NCBI GenBank assembly: GCA_964645645.1
Contig: CAZYBC010000005.1
Location: 702 to 64,701, forward strand
Direction of reading: 5' to 3'
Source of the DNA: an uncultured Pseudomonadales bacterium
Lineage (GTDB): Bacteria; Patescibacteriota; Microgenomatia; UBA1400; PJMF01
DNA length: 64,000 nt
Shown here piece by piece: positions 17,531 to 28,523 of this stretch (the stretch's first letter is position 1; each line of letters starts with the position of its first letter). Position numbers and translations under genes: made by a program. The notes beneath the pieces were generated by a model. The model was given only the letters and a program-made list of their open reading frames with translations, was not told the DNA's origin and did not search any database.

Positions 17531-17561
17531 ATTTTTTTTGATGGTGGCAGGGTTAAAAAAT

Positions 17562-19091
17562 CTAGTTTGCTTTTGCCTTTTGAATGGCTAATTTTTGGCT
17601 GTAAGTAGTAATATCCCAGATTTGTTGGCAAAGGTTATTGGGTCGGCAATATTCGGCTAACAAAGTAATTTCTGAACTATTAATTAACATACGATGAGCG
17701 TTAACAATTAATAAAACCTGATCATAGTTATTAACTTTTTGGAGTAATTCTATGGGTAAGTCTCTGACTGGTTGACCAATGCCTTGAATAAATAGATTAG
17801 TGACATCGCGGCCATGATAATACATTAGTAAACCATCTGGTAAGGTACCAAAAAAACCTTCAGTCGCTACTAATAAATTTTTATCGGCTTTCAATTGATG
17901 AAGGTAAGTGACACTTTCTTTAACACCAAATCCAGCTGACCATTCATTTAAGTATTGAACCTGATCTAATTTGCTAAAAGGAATTTTACTTAAATCTGTG
18001 TATGAATAAAACATGAAACGACCACTCAAATATAAACTCCAACTAATTAAAACTAAAAGAATCAGTTTACCTAAAGATTTACATTCTTGCCATAAAGCTT
18101 CAGTGGATAAGGCAAAACTTAAGATAAAACCGATTATTGCTGGCATTAGATAACGGGCATAAACAGTTTTACCTAAAACAAACATTGGGAATAAAAAGCT
18201 GAGACTAGTTAAAATTAAAACTAGATTAGTGCGACGTAGTTTTTTGACTTTGATTAGAGCAATAAAAATAAACATAAACACTGGCCAAGTTAAATAATTG
18301 CCCAAACTCTCACCAAAGCTTAAACAGTTATGCCATAAAATTTGACCTGGCTGTTTGAAAAATTCTGTTAAAGGATATAAAAAATCATTTCCGCGACTAA
18401 ATAATTGGCCAAAAGCTGGATTTAATTTTAAACTAGCAAAAATAACTAAACCTAATAAAACAGTTAAACTGGGATTTAACCAAGTTTTTAAAGAAAACAG
18501 ATTTTTATTTTTAGCAAAAAGAACGATTAAAAAAAGACTAGGAATAAATAAAACTGCTGGAATTTTAGTCCATAAAGCTAAGCCTAAAAATAGACCAGCT
18601 AGACAGCTATCTTTTATCGCCAACGGCGATTGTTTAATAGCTTTAATCATGAAGTAAAAACTGAGTGATAACAGCAAAGTTAGCAAAGCATCAATTAAAG
18701 CCATGCGGTGATGAAAAAAGAAAAAAGGTAAGAAAATAACACTAAAACTAGCTAAAAGTTGAGCCAATTTTTTACCATTTAGGAGTTTGACTAAGGCGCC
18801 CATTACAAAAACTTGTCCTAGACCTACTAAGACTGATAAAAATCGTCCAGCATAAAGTTGATCATTAAAGATTAATTGAAAGGGTAGCATCAGCCACATT
18901 TGCAAAGGAGTTTTACCATCATTGAGCGGAAAAAATAGATATTGTTTCCAGTCATCCATAATTAATTGAGTCCAACGAATATAAATAGCTTCATCAGCAA
19001 AAACTGGTAAAAAGACTAATCTATATAATCTAGTAATTAAATAGAGGCCAATTAACAAGAGTGGTAAAAGCCAAGTCTTTTTTTTCATCAT
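17562..19091 (-). CDS. GT-C fold (ArnT/PMT-like) glycosyltransferase
   Basis: Polytopic; first loop FADEAIY, GK.PL, R....D, RY motifs. Confidence 0.8.
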   Translation of the reverse strand: MMKKKTWLLPLLLIGLYLITRLYRLVFLPVFADEAIYIRWTQLIMDDWKQYLFFPLNDGKTPLQMWLMLPFQLIFNDQLYAGRFLSVLVGLGQVFVMGALVKLLNGKKLAQLLASFSVIFLPFFFFHHRMALIDALLTLLLSLSFYFMIKAIKQSPLAIKDSCLAGLFLGLALWTKIPAVLFIPSLFLIVLFAKNKNLFSLKTWLNPSLTVLLGLVIFASLKLNPAFGQLFSRGNDFLYPLTEFFKQPGQILWHNCLSFGESLGNYLTWPVFMFIFIALIKVKKLRRTNLVLILTSLSFLFPMFVLGKTVYARYLMPAIIGFILSFALSTEALWQECKSLGKLILLVLISWSLYLSGRFMFYSYTDLSKIPFSKLDQVQYLNEWSAGFGVKESVTYLHQLKADKNLLVATEGFFGTLPDGLLMYYHGRDVTNLFIQGIGQPVRDLPIELLQKVNNYDQVLLIVNAHRMLINSSEITLLAEYCRPNNLCQQIWDITTYSQKLAIQKAKAN

Positions 19092-20320
19092 TTTTTAATT
19101 TTTTTTACTCCATAAACTAAAGTACATAAGGCTAAATAAATTATTGGTAATAGCCAAGTAATTAATTTTTGTTGAGCTAAAACTTCAGGAGTATAACCGT
19201 TAATTTTTAGCCAAGGTAAATAGCGTAATAAACTAGTTAAAGAAAAAATTAACAAGGTATTTCGCCAAACTTTTTCTTTAATAAACGGAAACCAAATTAA
19301 GCTCCAACTTAAATACCAAGGCAAAAATTGTTGTGAGCGAAGTGTAGTTAATGGTAAAAATAATAATAAAGAGGCTAATAGAGGCCAATTATTTTTTAAC
19401 CAATTAGTAAATTTGCTTGGCAGTTTAAATTTGAGTAATTGCAAATTTTCGTTTAATAAAAATGCCCAAATTGGAATTAAAACAACGGTCGCTAATTTGG
19501 TTGAAATAGAAAAAGCTAATAATAAAATAGAAAAAATGATTCTTTTAAGATCTAATTTTTTTTTGCCAACAATTAACAAACTAAGCATAGCTGGCAATAG
19601 CATCCACAAATCATTGTGACTATTACTGATTAATTCAAGCAGCATTAAAGGATTAAAAACTAAAGCCGTTAAAGACCAATTAAATTTTTTGTCATCTAAA
19701 TTAGCAAAATAGGCTTGTTTGAGAGAAATAATAATTTTAATAGTCAAAATTAGAGCTAAAACAGAAATTAACCTAAAAATTAACCAAGTAGTTAAAAATT
19801 TATTTAAACCCAATAAATAAGGTACTAGCGAAAATAATGTCCAACCATAACCATAAGGGGCCGGGGTATGAACATTATGCATAAAACGAGTCCAGGTATC
19901 AAAACTATAATTTAAAGCCACACTTTGATGAGGATTAGCGTGATAAACCAAAACCATTTTGGCATTAAAAATATAATTAAAAACGTCATAAGATAAGGCA
20001 TTAAAGCTCAAAATTAAAGGGCTAAGAATTAATAAATATTTAATGACTGTAGCTTTAAAATTTTTTTGCCAATCTAGCTTTAATTTTTGTTTGGATAATT
20101 GAAATAAAATTACTCCATAGCAAACAAACAAAGCAACAATTAAAATTAAAAATAAATTAGTGGCTAAATTTCGATTATTATAAATATTAGCCCACATCAT
20201 GTTTTGGAAATTAGTAAACCAAGTTTGATTAATTAAAGTTAAATTTGGTGCAGTTAAACCATAAGTAAATAAACCATAAGCCACTAAAAGCAAAAAATAA
20301 AAAATTAATAATAAACTCAT
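19088..20320 (-). CDS. MptA/MptB-like polyprenol-phosphomannose-dependent GT-C
   Basis: SYDVFNY..AKM...ANP, PAPYG..W, FNPL..E....HND..M. Confidence 0.65.
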   Translation of the reverse strand: MSLLLIFYFLLLVAYGLFTYGLTAPNLTLINQTWFTNFQNMMWANIYNNRNLATNLFLILIVALFVCYGVILFQLSKQKLKLDWQKNFKATVIKYLLILSPLILSFNALSYDVFNYIFNAKMVLVYHANPHQSVALNYSFDTWTRFMHNVHTPAPYGYGWTLFSLVPYLLGLNKFLTTWLIFRLISVLALILTIKIIISLKQAYFANLDDKKFNWSLTALVFNPLMLLELISNSHNDLWMLLPAMLSLLIVGKKKLDLKRIIFSILLLAFSISTKLATVVLIPIWAFLLNENLQLLKFKLPSKFTNWLKNNWPLLASLLLFLPLTTLRSQQFLPWYLSWSLIWFPFIKEKVWRNTLLIFSLTSLLRYLPWLKINGYTPEVLAQQKLITWLLPIIYLALCTLVYGVKKIKK

Positions 20321-20322
20321 AG

Positions 20323-21075
20323 TCAGTATTTACCTTGTAAATCTGCTAATCTAATTTTGATAATATCTTTTAACATTCGCCAACTATCCTTAATAGGACT
20401 AACTCTGGCTGAGTGAAAATGTTTCCACAGGATAGGAACTTCCTTAATTTTGAGCTTATTTTTTCTGGCTAAATAGAGTAATTCAACATCAAAAGCTCCA
20501 GTAAAGGCATCTTTACGAGGTTTATTTGAACCATAAATATAAAGTTTATTAAATAGTTGTTCTTTAGCTGCATGAGAAAATAATTTAAAACCACACTGAG
20601 TATCCCAAATACCCGGTATGGCTAAAAATTGGACTAACAAATTAAAGCCTTTACCCATTAAATGACGATGAAGCGGCTCCTTATCGCGAATAGCTCCTGG
20701 TAATTCTCTAGAACCAATAATAATTTGATAATCAGCAGTAAAAGGAAGTAATTTTTCAATTTCTTTTAAAGGGGTACTTTGATCAAAATCAGTAAATAAA
20801 CACCAGTCTCCTGTTGCTGCTTTCATACCGGCTTTAACAGTTGGTGCCTTGCCAGCATGTTTATTGGCGAGTAATTTTACTCCATGATATTGTTGAGCAA
20901 ACTTTTCTAGAGTTTCAAGGGTGCCATCTTGGCTACCATCATCACTTAAAATAAGTTCAAATGAATAATCTTGACTTTTAAGATAATGATAAAGATCAAT
21001 TAATACACCTCTTTGAAGATTTTCCATCTCATTATATGAAGGCACAATCACTGATAAATAAGGTTTCTTAGACAT
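20323..21075 (-). CDS. Polyprenyl/dolichyl-phosphate beta-glucosyltransferase-like GT2
   Basis: SVIVPSYNE, DDGS.D, GK, FTDFDQSTP, DTQCGFKLF, FDVELL. Confidence 0.85.
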   Translation of the reverse strand: MSKKPYLSVIVPSYNEMENLQRGVLIDLYHYLKSQDYSFELILSDDGSQDGTLETLEKFAQQYHGVKLLANKHAGKAPTVKAGMKAATGDWCLFTDFDQSTPLKEIEKLLPFTADYQIIIGSRELPGAIRDKEPLHRHLMGKGFNLLVQFLAIPGIWDTQCGFKLFSHAAKEQLFNKLYIYGSNKPRKDAFTGAFDVELLYLARKNKLKIKEVPILWKHFHSARVSPIKDSWRMLKDIIKIRLADLQGKY

Positions 21076-21099
21076 AAATATATCTTACCAGACTAGTAA

Positions 21100-22650
21100 T
21101 TATCTTCTCAATAGATGAATAATTGGCCCATCTGGAATAATTAACTGCTCACTAATTTTTTTATTAGGAAAGGTGATTATTTCATATAGCTCAGATTTAT
21201 TTGGGTCAAAATTCTGTTTAAGTTCATCAATTACTACTAAATTTTGAGCTTGGCTACTTAATTCAAAATCAATTGGTGGGTGATTCATTGTAGATAGAAA
21301 ATAACGGTAGTTTTGACCATGAAGGTCATTAGTAATACTCAAAAGAATTAAACTATAACTTTCATTGGGCGGTACAAAATCAGTCACGGCTTGAGCTGTT
21401 TTTTGGATGTCTTTAATTGTCCAGCCAGCAGTTTGCCAGATTGGATTTTGTAAATTAAATTGAAAAATTAAATAGCTAAGAAAAATAAATCCAATTAATA
21501 CGACTAAATTTTTAATAAAATCTATTTTAGGAAGTTTAAAATTTAATAAACTATTAATTACGATGGCATAAACTAAAGCTGTTACAGGAAAAAGGTAGGC
21601 AATATAATGATCAAAAATACTGTTTTGATAAAAAGCTGTTCCTAAAATTCCAATAAAAAGAAAAATGGCAATAATGGTTGTTGGTGTAAGCTGATTGTTT
21701 TTAGCTCGTTTTTGTTTTACCACTACGGTAATTAATAAAATTAAAATAAAGCTATAAGCTAAAATCTGATTTAGCTGACGATTTTTTCCAATCATATATT
21801 CAAAAAGAATATGCATTGCTCTGCCTTCAGATTCACTCAAAGTTTTAAAAACTTTAGTTGTTAGCGGCTGATGGGTATTAGTAGAAAAATTTTCTCCTTG
21901 AGTTAATAGATTTTTAAAAGCTTTAAAATTTAAGCCATCATGTTTTAAATCAAAAAGGAATAATGGGGTTAAGCTAGCTAGAAAAATTAAAAAACCAATT
22001 AAAGTATATTTAAGATGTTCTAAATTAATTTTCTTTTGAAGTAAATAAATTAACCAAATTAATCCAGCCGTTCCTGCAGCTAATAAAGTTAAATAATGAA
22101 GTTGTAATAAAACAGCTATGCAAGTAAAAATTCCCAGCCAAAGTTTGGGATTTTTTTGTACTTTAAATAGTAAATAAATCATAATTATGCTAACTAAAGG
22201 AGCTGGATTAGGATTCCAACTAAAACGAGTTTGAGCGGCAATTGTAAAAGAAAAGGCATAAAAAAAGCTGGCAATTAAAGCAATTTTTTCATCAAACATT
22301 TTTTTAGCAAATAGATAAAGTAATAAAATTGTCATAATTCCTAAACAAGCAACAGCATAAATTGGCCCCATTGGACTAGGATATGACAAAAATAAAAAAG
22401 GCAACATAAAATAATAATAAAGTGGGCCTAAATACATGTTTCCCACACTAGTAACTGGGCCGATAAAAACCAAATCTTTTTCTTTAAAAATTTTGGAAAC
22501 AATTAAAGCATCACGACCTTGGTCACCTAAAAACTGTTGACTATTTTCTAGATTATATAAACGCAAAAAAGCTCCAGCTAATAAAATAATAATGAAAATT
22601 TTATCAGCCATACTTAATTGAGTAATAAATTGAATTAATTTTTTTAACAT
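21100..22650 (-). CDS. GT-C (ArnT/GT39-like), DQxRD family
   Basis: F.GDQGRD, GP, LGPLYYY, WNPN, QLH. Confidence 0.8.
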   Translation of the reverse strand: MLKKLIQFITQLSMADKIFIIILLAGAFLRLYNLENSQQFLGDQGRDALIVSKIFKEKDLVFIGPVTSVGNMYLGPLYYYFMLPFLFLSYPSPMGPIYAVACLGIMTILLLYLFAKKMFDEKIALIASFFYAFSFTIAAQTRFSWNPNPAPLVSIIMIYLLFKVQKNPKLWLGIFTCIAVLLQLHYLTLLAAGTAGLIWLIYLLQKKINLEHLKYTLIGFLIFLASLTPLFLFDLKHDGLNFKAFKNLLTQGENFSTNTHQPLTTKVFKTLSESEGRAMHILFEYMIGKNRQLNQILAYSFILILLITVVVKQKRAKNNQLTPTTIIAIFLFIGILGTAFYQNSIFDHYIAYLFPVTALVYAIVINSLLNFKLPKIDFIKNLVVLIGFIFLSYLIFQFNLQNPIWQTAGWTIKDIQKTAQAVTDFVPPNESYSLILLSITNDLHGQNYRYFLSTMNHPPIDFELSSQAQNLVVIDELKQNFDPNKSELYEIITFPNKKISEQLIIPDGPIIHLLRR

Positions 22651-22658
22651 GGGCAGTG

Positions 22659-23855
22659 TTAATTATTTTTTTTCTTTTTCCAAATAAAAGTGTTATAAGC
22701 GAAAAAATTCCAGAACATACCAATTAAAATGCCTACTACGGCAATAATAGTTCCTAAATCTAAATCATAATTAATGATTGGCAATTTAAATAAAATTGGG
22801 AAGACAGCCAAGCCATTTTCTTGAGTAGCAAATAATCTTTCTCCCAAAAAAGCTAAAAATTGTTGAATTAAAATAGAACCCCCGCTAGCAAAATTAAATT
22901 TAATAAATTTACTTGGGATTTCGCTAAGCTTAAGCTTTCTATCTGCAAAAGTCCAAATGTTATTAATAGCAAAATTAATTAAAACAGCACATTCAATAGC
23001 GGCAAAATAAGCAGCCTGATAAGGTAAAAATAATCTAAAAGCTTGTAAAGAAATTAGTTGAGTTAAGGCTCCAATTGTACCAACCACTAAAAATTTAAAA
23101 ACTCGGCTCTCTAAAATTTCTTGAGTTCTAACTTTAAATAAATAAGAAAGATTATTAATAATAATTTTAAAAGAATTAATTTTGCTAGTACCAATAGTGC
23201 GATCTTTAAAGTGAAAAGGTATCTCCGTAATTTTAAATTTCTTTTTAAAAACTTTATGCAAAAACACAATTTGAAAAGTATAACCAGTAAAACGTGGATC
23301 ATTCATTTCATTTCCCACTGCCATAAAAACTTTTTTAGTAATCGCTCTATAACCACCAGTCCAGTCAGCAATCTTAAAATCAGTTAAAATAATTCTAATG
23401 ATTAAATTACCAAACACACTTAAAAATTTGCGGTGAATACCCCAATTAGAAGGAATACTGCCACCTTTAATGTATCTTGAGCCTAAAACCATATCATAGC
23501 CATGATCAATTTTATCTAAAAAGGCAGGAATTTTAGTAGGATCATGTGATAAATCAGCATCAAATTCAAAAATCACATCAGCATCTAGCTTGTAAAAAGC
23601 CTGTTTCATGCCAGCTAAATAGGCAGCTCCTAAACCAGCTTTCTTCTTATTAATGAGCAGATGTAAATTTTTTTGTTTTTTTTGTAATTCTTCTACAAAT
23701 TCATAAGTTTTATCTGGTGAACTATCATCAACCACTAAAATATGACAATCCCAATGTTGAGAGACTTTTTTAAAAGCTTCTTGAACCGCTAAAGTAGTTT
23801 GTTCAATATTGCCTCTTTCATTATAAGTAGGGATAATCACAATCGCTTTTGGCAT
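22659..23855 (-). CDS. Polyprenol-phosphate mannose synthase (Ppm1/DPM1-like) fused to GtrA-like domain
   Basis: IIPTYNE, DDSSPD, GLG.AY, DADLSHDP, GSRY..GG; C-terminal KFLVVG..N..WTF GtrA-type helices. Confidence 0.85.
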   Translation of the reverse strand: MPKAIVIIPTYNERGNIEQTTLAVQEAFKKVSQHWDCHILVVDDSSPDKTYEFVEELQKKQKNLHLLINKKKAGLGAAYLAGMKQAFYKLDADVIFEFDADLSHDPTKIPAFLDKIDHGYDMVLGSRYIKGGSIPSNWGIHRKFLSVFGNLIIRIILTDFKIADWTGGYRAITKKVFMAVGNEMNDPRFTGYTFQIVFLHKVFKKKFKITEIPFHFKDRTIGTSKINSFKIIINNLSYLFKVRTQEILESRVFKFLVVGTIGALTQLISLQAFRLFLPYQAAYFAAIECAVLINFAINNIWTFADRKLKLSEIPSKFIKFNFASGGSILIQQFLAFLGERLFATQENGLAVFPILFKLPIINYDLDLGTIIAVVGILIGMFWNFFAYNTFIWKKKKNN

Positions 23856-23860
23856 AAATT

Positions 23861-24847
<987 letters not shown>

Positions 24848-25795
24848 CTAATTTTGATTTCTATAAAAATTTAAAATCCTTGCTAAAGTTGGCTTAATAT
24901 CTTTGGTTTCTTGCCAACCTAAAGTCTTTACCTTGTGATTATCGGCAATAATTTGCGCAGTATCAAGTGGTCTAAATTTTTGTGGATCAACTTCTACTTT
25001 AATTTTAACCTGAGCTAAACTAATTAGCATCTCCAACATTGCTTGGATGCTGTAACCACGGCCACTGCCAAGGTTATATGTTTCACCAATTTCTCCTTGA
25101 TTCATTAATAAAATATAAGCTTTGACAATGTCTTTAACATCAGAAAAATCCCGAATACTATTTAAATTACCTACCATGATTTTATCTTGTAATCCTTGTT
25201 CAATTTTTACTATTTGACTAGCAAAATCGGCAATCACAAATCCTGGAGCTTGTCTTTCGCCAATATGATTAAAAGGTCTCACTCGGATAATATTTAAGTG
25301 ATGAGTTTGTTGATAGTTATAAGCCAGCATATCTTGAATAACTTTAGAAACGGCATAGGGATTAACTGGCCCTAAAGGAGTATTTTCATCTAATGGTTTA
25401 TCTTGTGGCTGATAAACTAAAGCACTGCCAATAGCTAAAATTTTAGCTTTAGGCGTGAATTGTTTTACAGCATGCAGAAGATTCAACTGTAACACTAAAT
25501 TATTTTCTAAAGTTTCTTTTTCTGCTTCATAACTACTGCCCACTGCGGCGGTAGCAGCCAAATGATAAATTTGGGTAGCTTGCAATTTTTCTATTAATTC
25601 AAAGGTAGCTTGCTGGTTGGTTAAATCAACCTGGTGAATTTGATTAGAACCTAACAAATTAGCCACATAGCCACCATGGCTGGAAATATTGGTGACATGG
25701 ATATTTTTATATTGTTGGGCAATTAGTTCTTCAACGAGATGTGAACCAACAAAACCAGTGCCTCCAGTAATTAAAATTACTTCTTGTTTAGACAT
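24848..25795 (-). CDS. rmd: GDP-4-keto-6-deoxy-mannose reductase (Rmd-like) SDR
   Basis: GGTGFVG, PYAVSK, RPFNHIG.RQ, VGNL..RDFSDV.D; adjacent to gmd. Confidence 0.7.
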   Translation of the reverse strand: MSKQEVILITGGTGFVGSHLVEELIAQQYKNIHVTNISSHGGYVANLLGSNQIHQVDLTNQQATFELIEKLQATQIYHLAATAAVGSSYEAEKETLENNLVLQLNLLHAVKQFTPKAKILAIGSALVYQPQDKPLDENTPLGPVNPYAVSKVIQDMLAYNYQQTHHLNIIRVRPFNHIGERQAPGFVIADFASQIVKIEQGLQDKIMVGNLNSIRDFSDVKDIVKAYILLMNQGEIGETYNLGSGRGYSIQAMLEMLISLAQVKIKVEVDPQKFRPLDTAQIIADNHKVKTLGWQETKDIKPTLARILNFYRNQN

Positions 25796-25801
25796 AATAT
25801 T

Positions 25802-27076
25802 TTAGCGTCCAATGCCAATATATTTGAAGCCAGCAGCTTTTATCTTACTTGGATCAAATTGATTTCTGGCATCAATAAAGTAAGGTTTTTTAGTAGTTTT
25901 AATTGTAGCAAAATCAAAGCCAATAATCTCCGGCCATTCTACTAAAGCCATAATAACCTCAGCTTTTTGACAAGCTTCTGGTAAAGTTGATACTTGAGTA
26001 TAATTATCAAAATCAGGTTGATATTTAGCCATAGGATCAAAAGCCATGATTTTGGCACCCTTATCCATTAAAACTGGCACAATTTTAGTTGCTGGCGCTT
26101 CACGTAAATCATCGGTGTGGGGTTTAAAAGATAAACCTAAAACAGCGACAGTTTTGCCTGCAAAACCACCTACCTGTTGATCAAATTTATCCATTAATTT
26201 ATAAATTCTTTCTTCATTAAGTTGACTAATCTTATTAAGCAAATTGTTACTTTCTCCAACCGCCCTAGAATAGGCAGCTAATTCTTTAACATCTTTGGGG
26301 AAACAAGAACCACCATAACCCAAACCAGGATACCAATAATGGTTGCCAATTCTTTGATCAAAACCAATGCCTTTAATAACTTCCATTACATCAGCGCCAT
26401 TTTTTTCACACAAGTCTGCAATTTGATTAATAAAAGTAATACGAGTGGCTAAATAAGAATTAGCGGTATATTTAGTCATTTGAGCTGAATTAGGATTCAT
26501 TCTTAGGATAGTGGTTTTTAGTGGCTGATGAAGTTCTTCTAATTTTTTAAAGACAAATTCATTAGTAGCGCCAATAATAACTCGATCTGGATTTAAAGTA
26601 TCAGCTACTGCACTGCCTTCTTTAAGAAATTCTGGCAAACTGGCTGTATGAAATTTAGTCTTAGTTTTAGCTTTAAGTGCTTTTTCTACTTTATTTAAAG
26701 TACCAGGAGGCACAGTAGATTTAACTACCACAATGGCATCTTGCTTAAGATATTCAGCCATTGCTTCACAGCTAGCAAAAACATATTTTAAATCTGCCTG
26801 ACCATCAGCAGCACTTGGAGTACCAACAGCAATAATAATGACGTCGGCATCCTTAATAGCAGTTTGATAGTGAGTGGTAAAAGTTAAACGACCAGTTTTT
26901 TGTTGTTCAGTTAATAATTCTTCCAGATTCGGTTCATAAAAAGGCACTTTGCTTTTTTTAAGGCTCGCGATTTTTTTCTCATCAACATCAAGACCAATGA
27001 CTTGATGACCAAAAGAAGCGTAGACAGCGCTACTAACAACTCCTACAAAACCAGTACCAATAATCGTTATGTTCAT
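25802..27076 (-). CDS. ugd: UDP-glucose/GDP-mannose 6-dehydrogenase; start revised to 27076
   Basis: GTGFVG, YEP, VGTP, KSTVPPG, PEFLKEG, GYGGSCFPKD, FKP.TDD.RE. Confidence 0.92.
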   Translation of the reverse strand: MNITIIGTGFVGVVSSAVYASFGHQVIGLDVDEKKIASLKKSKVPFYEPNLEELLTEQQKTGRLTFTTHYQTAIKDADVIIIAVGTPSAADGQADLKYVFASCEAMAEYLKQDAIVVVKSTVPPGTLNKVEKALKAKTKTKFHTASLPEFLKEGSAVADTLNPDRVIIGATNEFVFKKLEELHQPLKTTILRMNPNSAQMTKYTANSYLATRITFINQIADLCEKNGADVMEVIKGIGFDQRIGNHYWYPGLGYGGSCFPKDVKELAAYSRAVGESNNLLNKISQLNEERIYKLMDKFDQQVGGFAGKTVAVLGLSFKPHTDDLREAPATKIVPVLMDKGAKIMAFDPMAKYQPDFDNYTQVSTLPEACQKAEVIMALVEWPEIIGFDFATIKTTKKPYFIDARNQFDPSKIKAAGFKYIGIGR

Positions 27077-27116
27077 AATAGGGTACAATATACTTATTAA
27101 TATAACAGATGCCAAG

Positions 27117-27767
27117 ATGCAGATTAATATCTTAACTCTATTTCCAGACTTTTTTAAAGGGGCTTTAGAAACCTCTATTTTAGCGCGAGCTCAAAAAGCT
27201 GGTTTAATAACTTTTAAAATTATTAATATCCGTGATTTTGCCACAGATAAACACCATCTTACCGATGAACGGCCCTTTGGCGGTGGCCCAGGAATGGTGA
27301 TGAAAATAGAGCCAATTGATAAAGCTCTGCAAGCTTTAAAACTAGCCACAAAATTAAATTGTAAAACTATTTTAACTTCAGCTAAAGGCGGATTATTTAC
27401 TCAAAAACTTGCTCAAGAATATGCGCAATTAGATGAATTAACCATTATCTGTGGTCATTATGAAGGTGTAGATGAACGAGTAGCTGAGCATTTGGTAGAT
27501 GAAGAAATCAGAATCGGGGACTATGTTTTAACTGGCGGTGAAAGTGCGGCTTTAGTAATTAGTGATGCTGTAAGCCGCTTAATTAAAGGCGTGCTAGGTA
27601 ATGAAGAAAGTAATCAGAACGAATCGCATAGCCAAGTTGGTGAATTAGCTCATCCTGTTTACACTCAGCCCAGAGTTTATAAAGATTGGGCTGTTCCAGA
27701 AATTTTACTTAGTGGTGACCATCAAAAAATTAAAACCTGGCGGAAAGAACAAAGAAAAACTAGTTGA
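27117..27767 (+). CDS. trmD: tRNA (guanine37-N1)-methyltransferase; start revised to 27117
   Basis: LTLFP, PFGGGPGMV, CGHYEGVDER, IGDYVLTGGE, LLSGDH. Confidence 0.97.
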   Translation: MQINILTLFPDFFKGALETSILARAQKAGLITFKIINIRDFATDKHHLTDERPFGGGPGMVMKIEPIDKALQALKLATKLNCKTILTSAKGGLFTQKLAQEYAQLDELTIICGHYEGVDERVAEHLVDEEIRIGDYVLTGGESAALVISDAVSRLIKGVLGNEESNQNESHSQVGELAHPVYTQPRVYKDWAVPEILLSGDHQKIKTWRKEQRKTS

Positions 27768-28173
27768 TTTTAAATTGCTGGGTGATTTTTTTTTGTAATT
27801 TTTTAAAATCTTGATCAAAAGTAAAAATTTGTTTAATTTGATATTGATCAATAATTGCTGCTGAATAGCAATCTATCCAGCTAAGATTTTTATTTTTAAT
27901 TTGTTTAAAAATTTTCCATGTTTGAGTAAGCAATTTAGTTTTTTCAGTTAATATTAAAGTCTGAGGATTATTTTGCAGTTTTTCGACAAATTTAAGAGTA
28001 GTTTGTTTATCAAATCTCATGCTGCCTACAGTAAGAATTTCTCCAATTACCGCCCAGCTAGTGACAAAATGATCAATCTTAAGATTTTGCTTGATAATTT
28101 TTAAAGCTTCAAGATGATTAGTATCGTGTTGATTAAGTAAACTTAGATAAAAACTTGTATCAATAAAAGTCAT
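27760..28173 (-). CDS. vapC: VapC-like PIN-domain toxin
   Basis: FIDTS, D..H, E, LSWIDC.S, FTFDQDF acidic PIN motifs. Confidence 0.88.
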   Translation of the reverse strand: MTFIDTSFYLSLLNQHDTNHLEALKIIKQNLKIDHFVTSWAVIGEILTVGSMRFDKQTTLKFVEKLQNNPQTLILTEKTKLLTQTWKIFKQIKNKNLSWIDCYSAAIIDQYQIKQIFTFDQDFKKLQKKITQQFKIN

Positions 28174-28403
28174 TTTTGATAAAGGGTTTTTTTATAAGTA
28201 GTAGATAATTGTGGATCAGCTTTAATTGCTGGATCAGAAATTTTGCTTAATTCTAACAAAATATTGCTATTTTCAGCTTGTTCTTGAAGAAAATCATTAA
28301 TTAAACTTCTAATTAAATTAGAAATATTAAGAGCCTTTTTTTCAGCGATTAATTGTAAAGTTTGCTTATCTTTATCTGGTAAACGAATAATAAGTTGAGC
28401 CAT
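28170..28403 (-). CDS. Ribbon-helix-helix antitoxin; start revised to 28403
   Basis: QLIIRLP....L..IA......SNLIR; overlaps the toxin start. Confidence 0.8.
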   Translation of the reverse strand: MAQLIIRLPDKDKQTLQLIAEKKALNISNLIRSLINDFLQEQAENSNILLELSKISDPAIKADPQLSTTYKKTLYQK

Positions 28404-28482
28404 ATTAAAATGATTGAGATTTTGTATTACGTATTGCATTATATTAATTAAACCAAAGATAGTAAATATTTAGTTACTGCTA

Positions 28483-28514
28483 TTTATAACAAACAAAAAT
28501 GAAAAAATTATGAA
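28483..28514 (-). promoter_or_regulatory. Third Pho-box-like repeat plus extended -10-like element, upstream of TA operon
   Basis: TTCATAATTTTTTCAT, 10 nt ending TGT, TATAAA. Confidence 0.45.
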
Positions 28515-28523
28515 AAAAATAAA

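Noticed and set aside
15933-17560. tRNA-Gln as integration site for a genomic island
   Set aside because: No integrase and no duplicated tRNA 3' end was noticed in the window.
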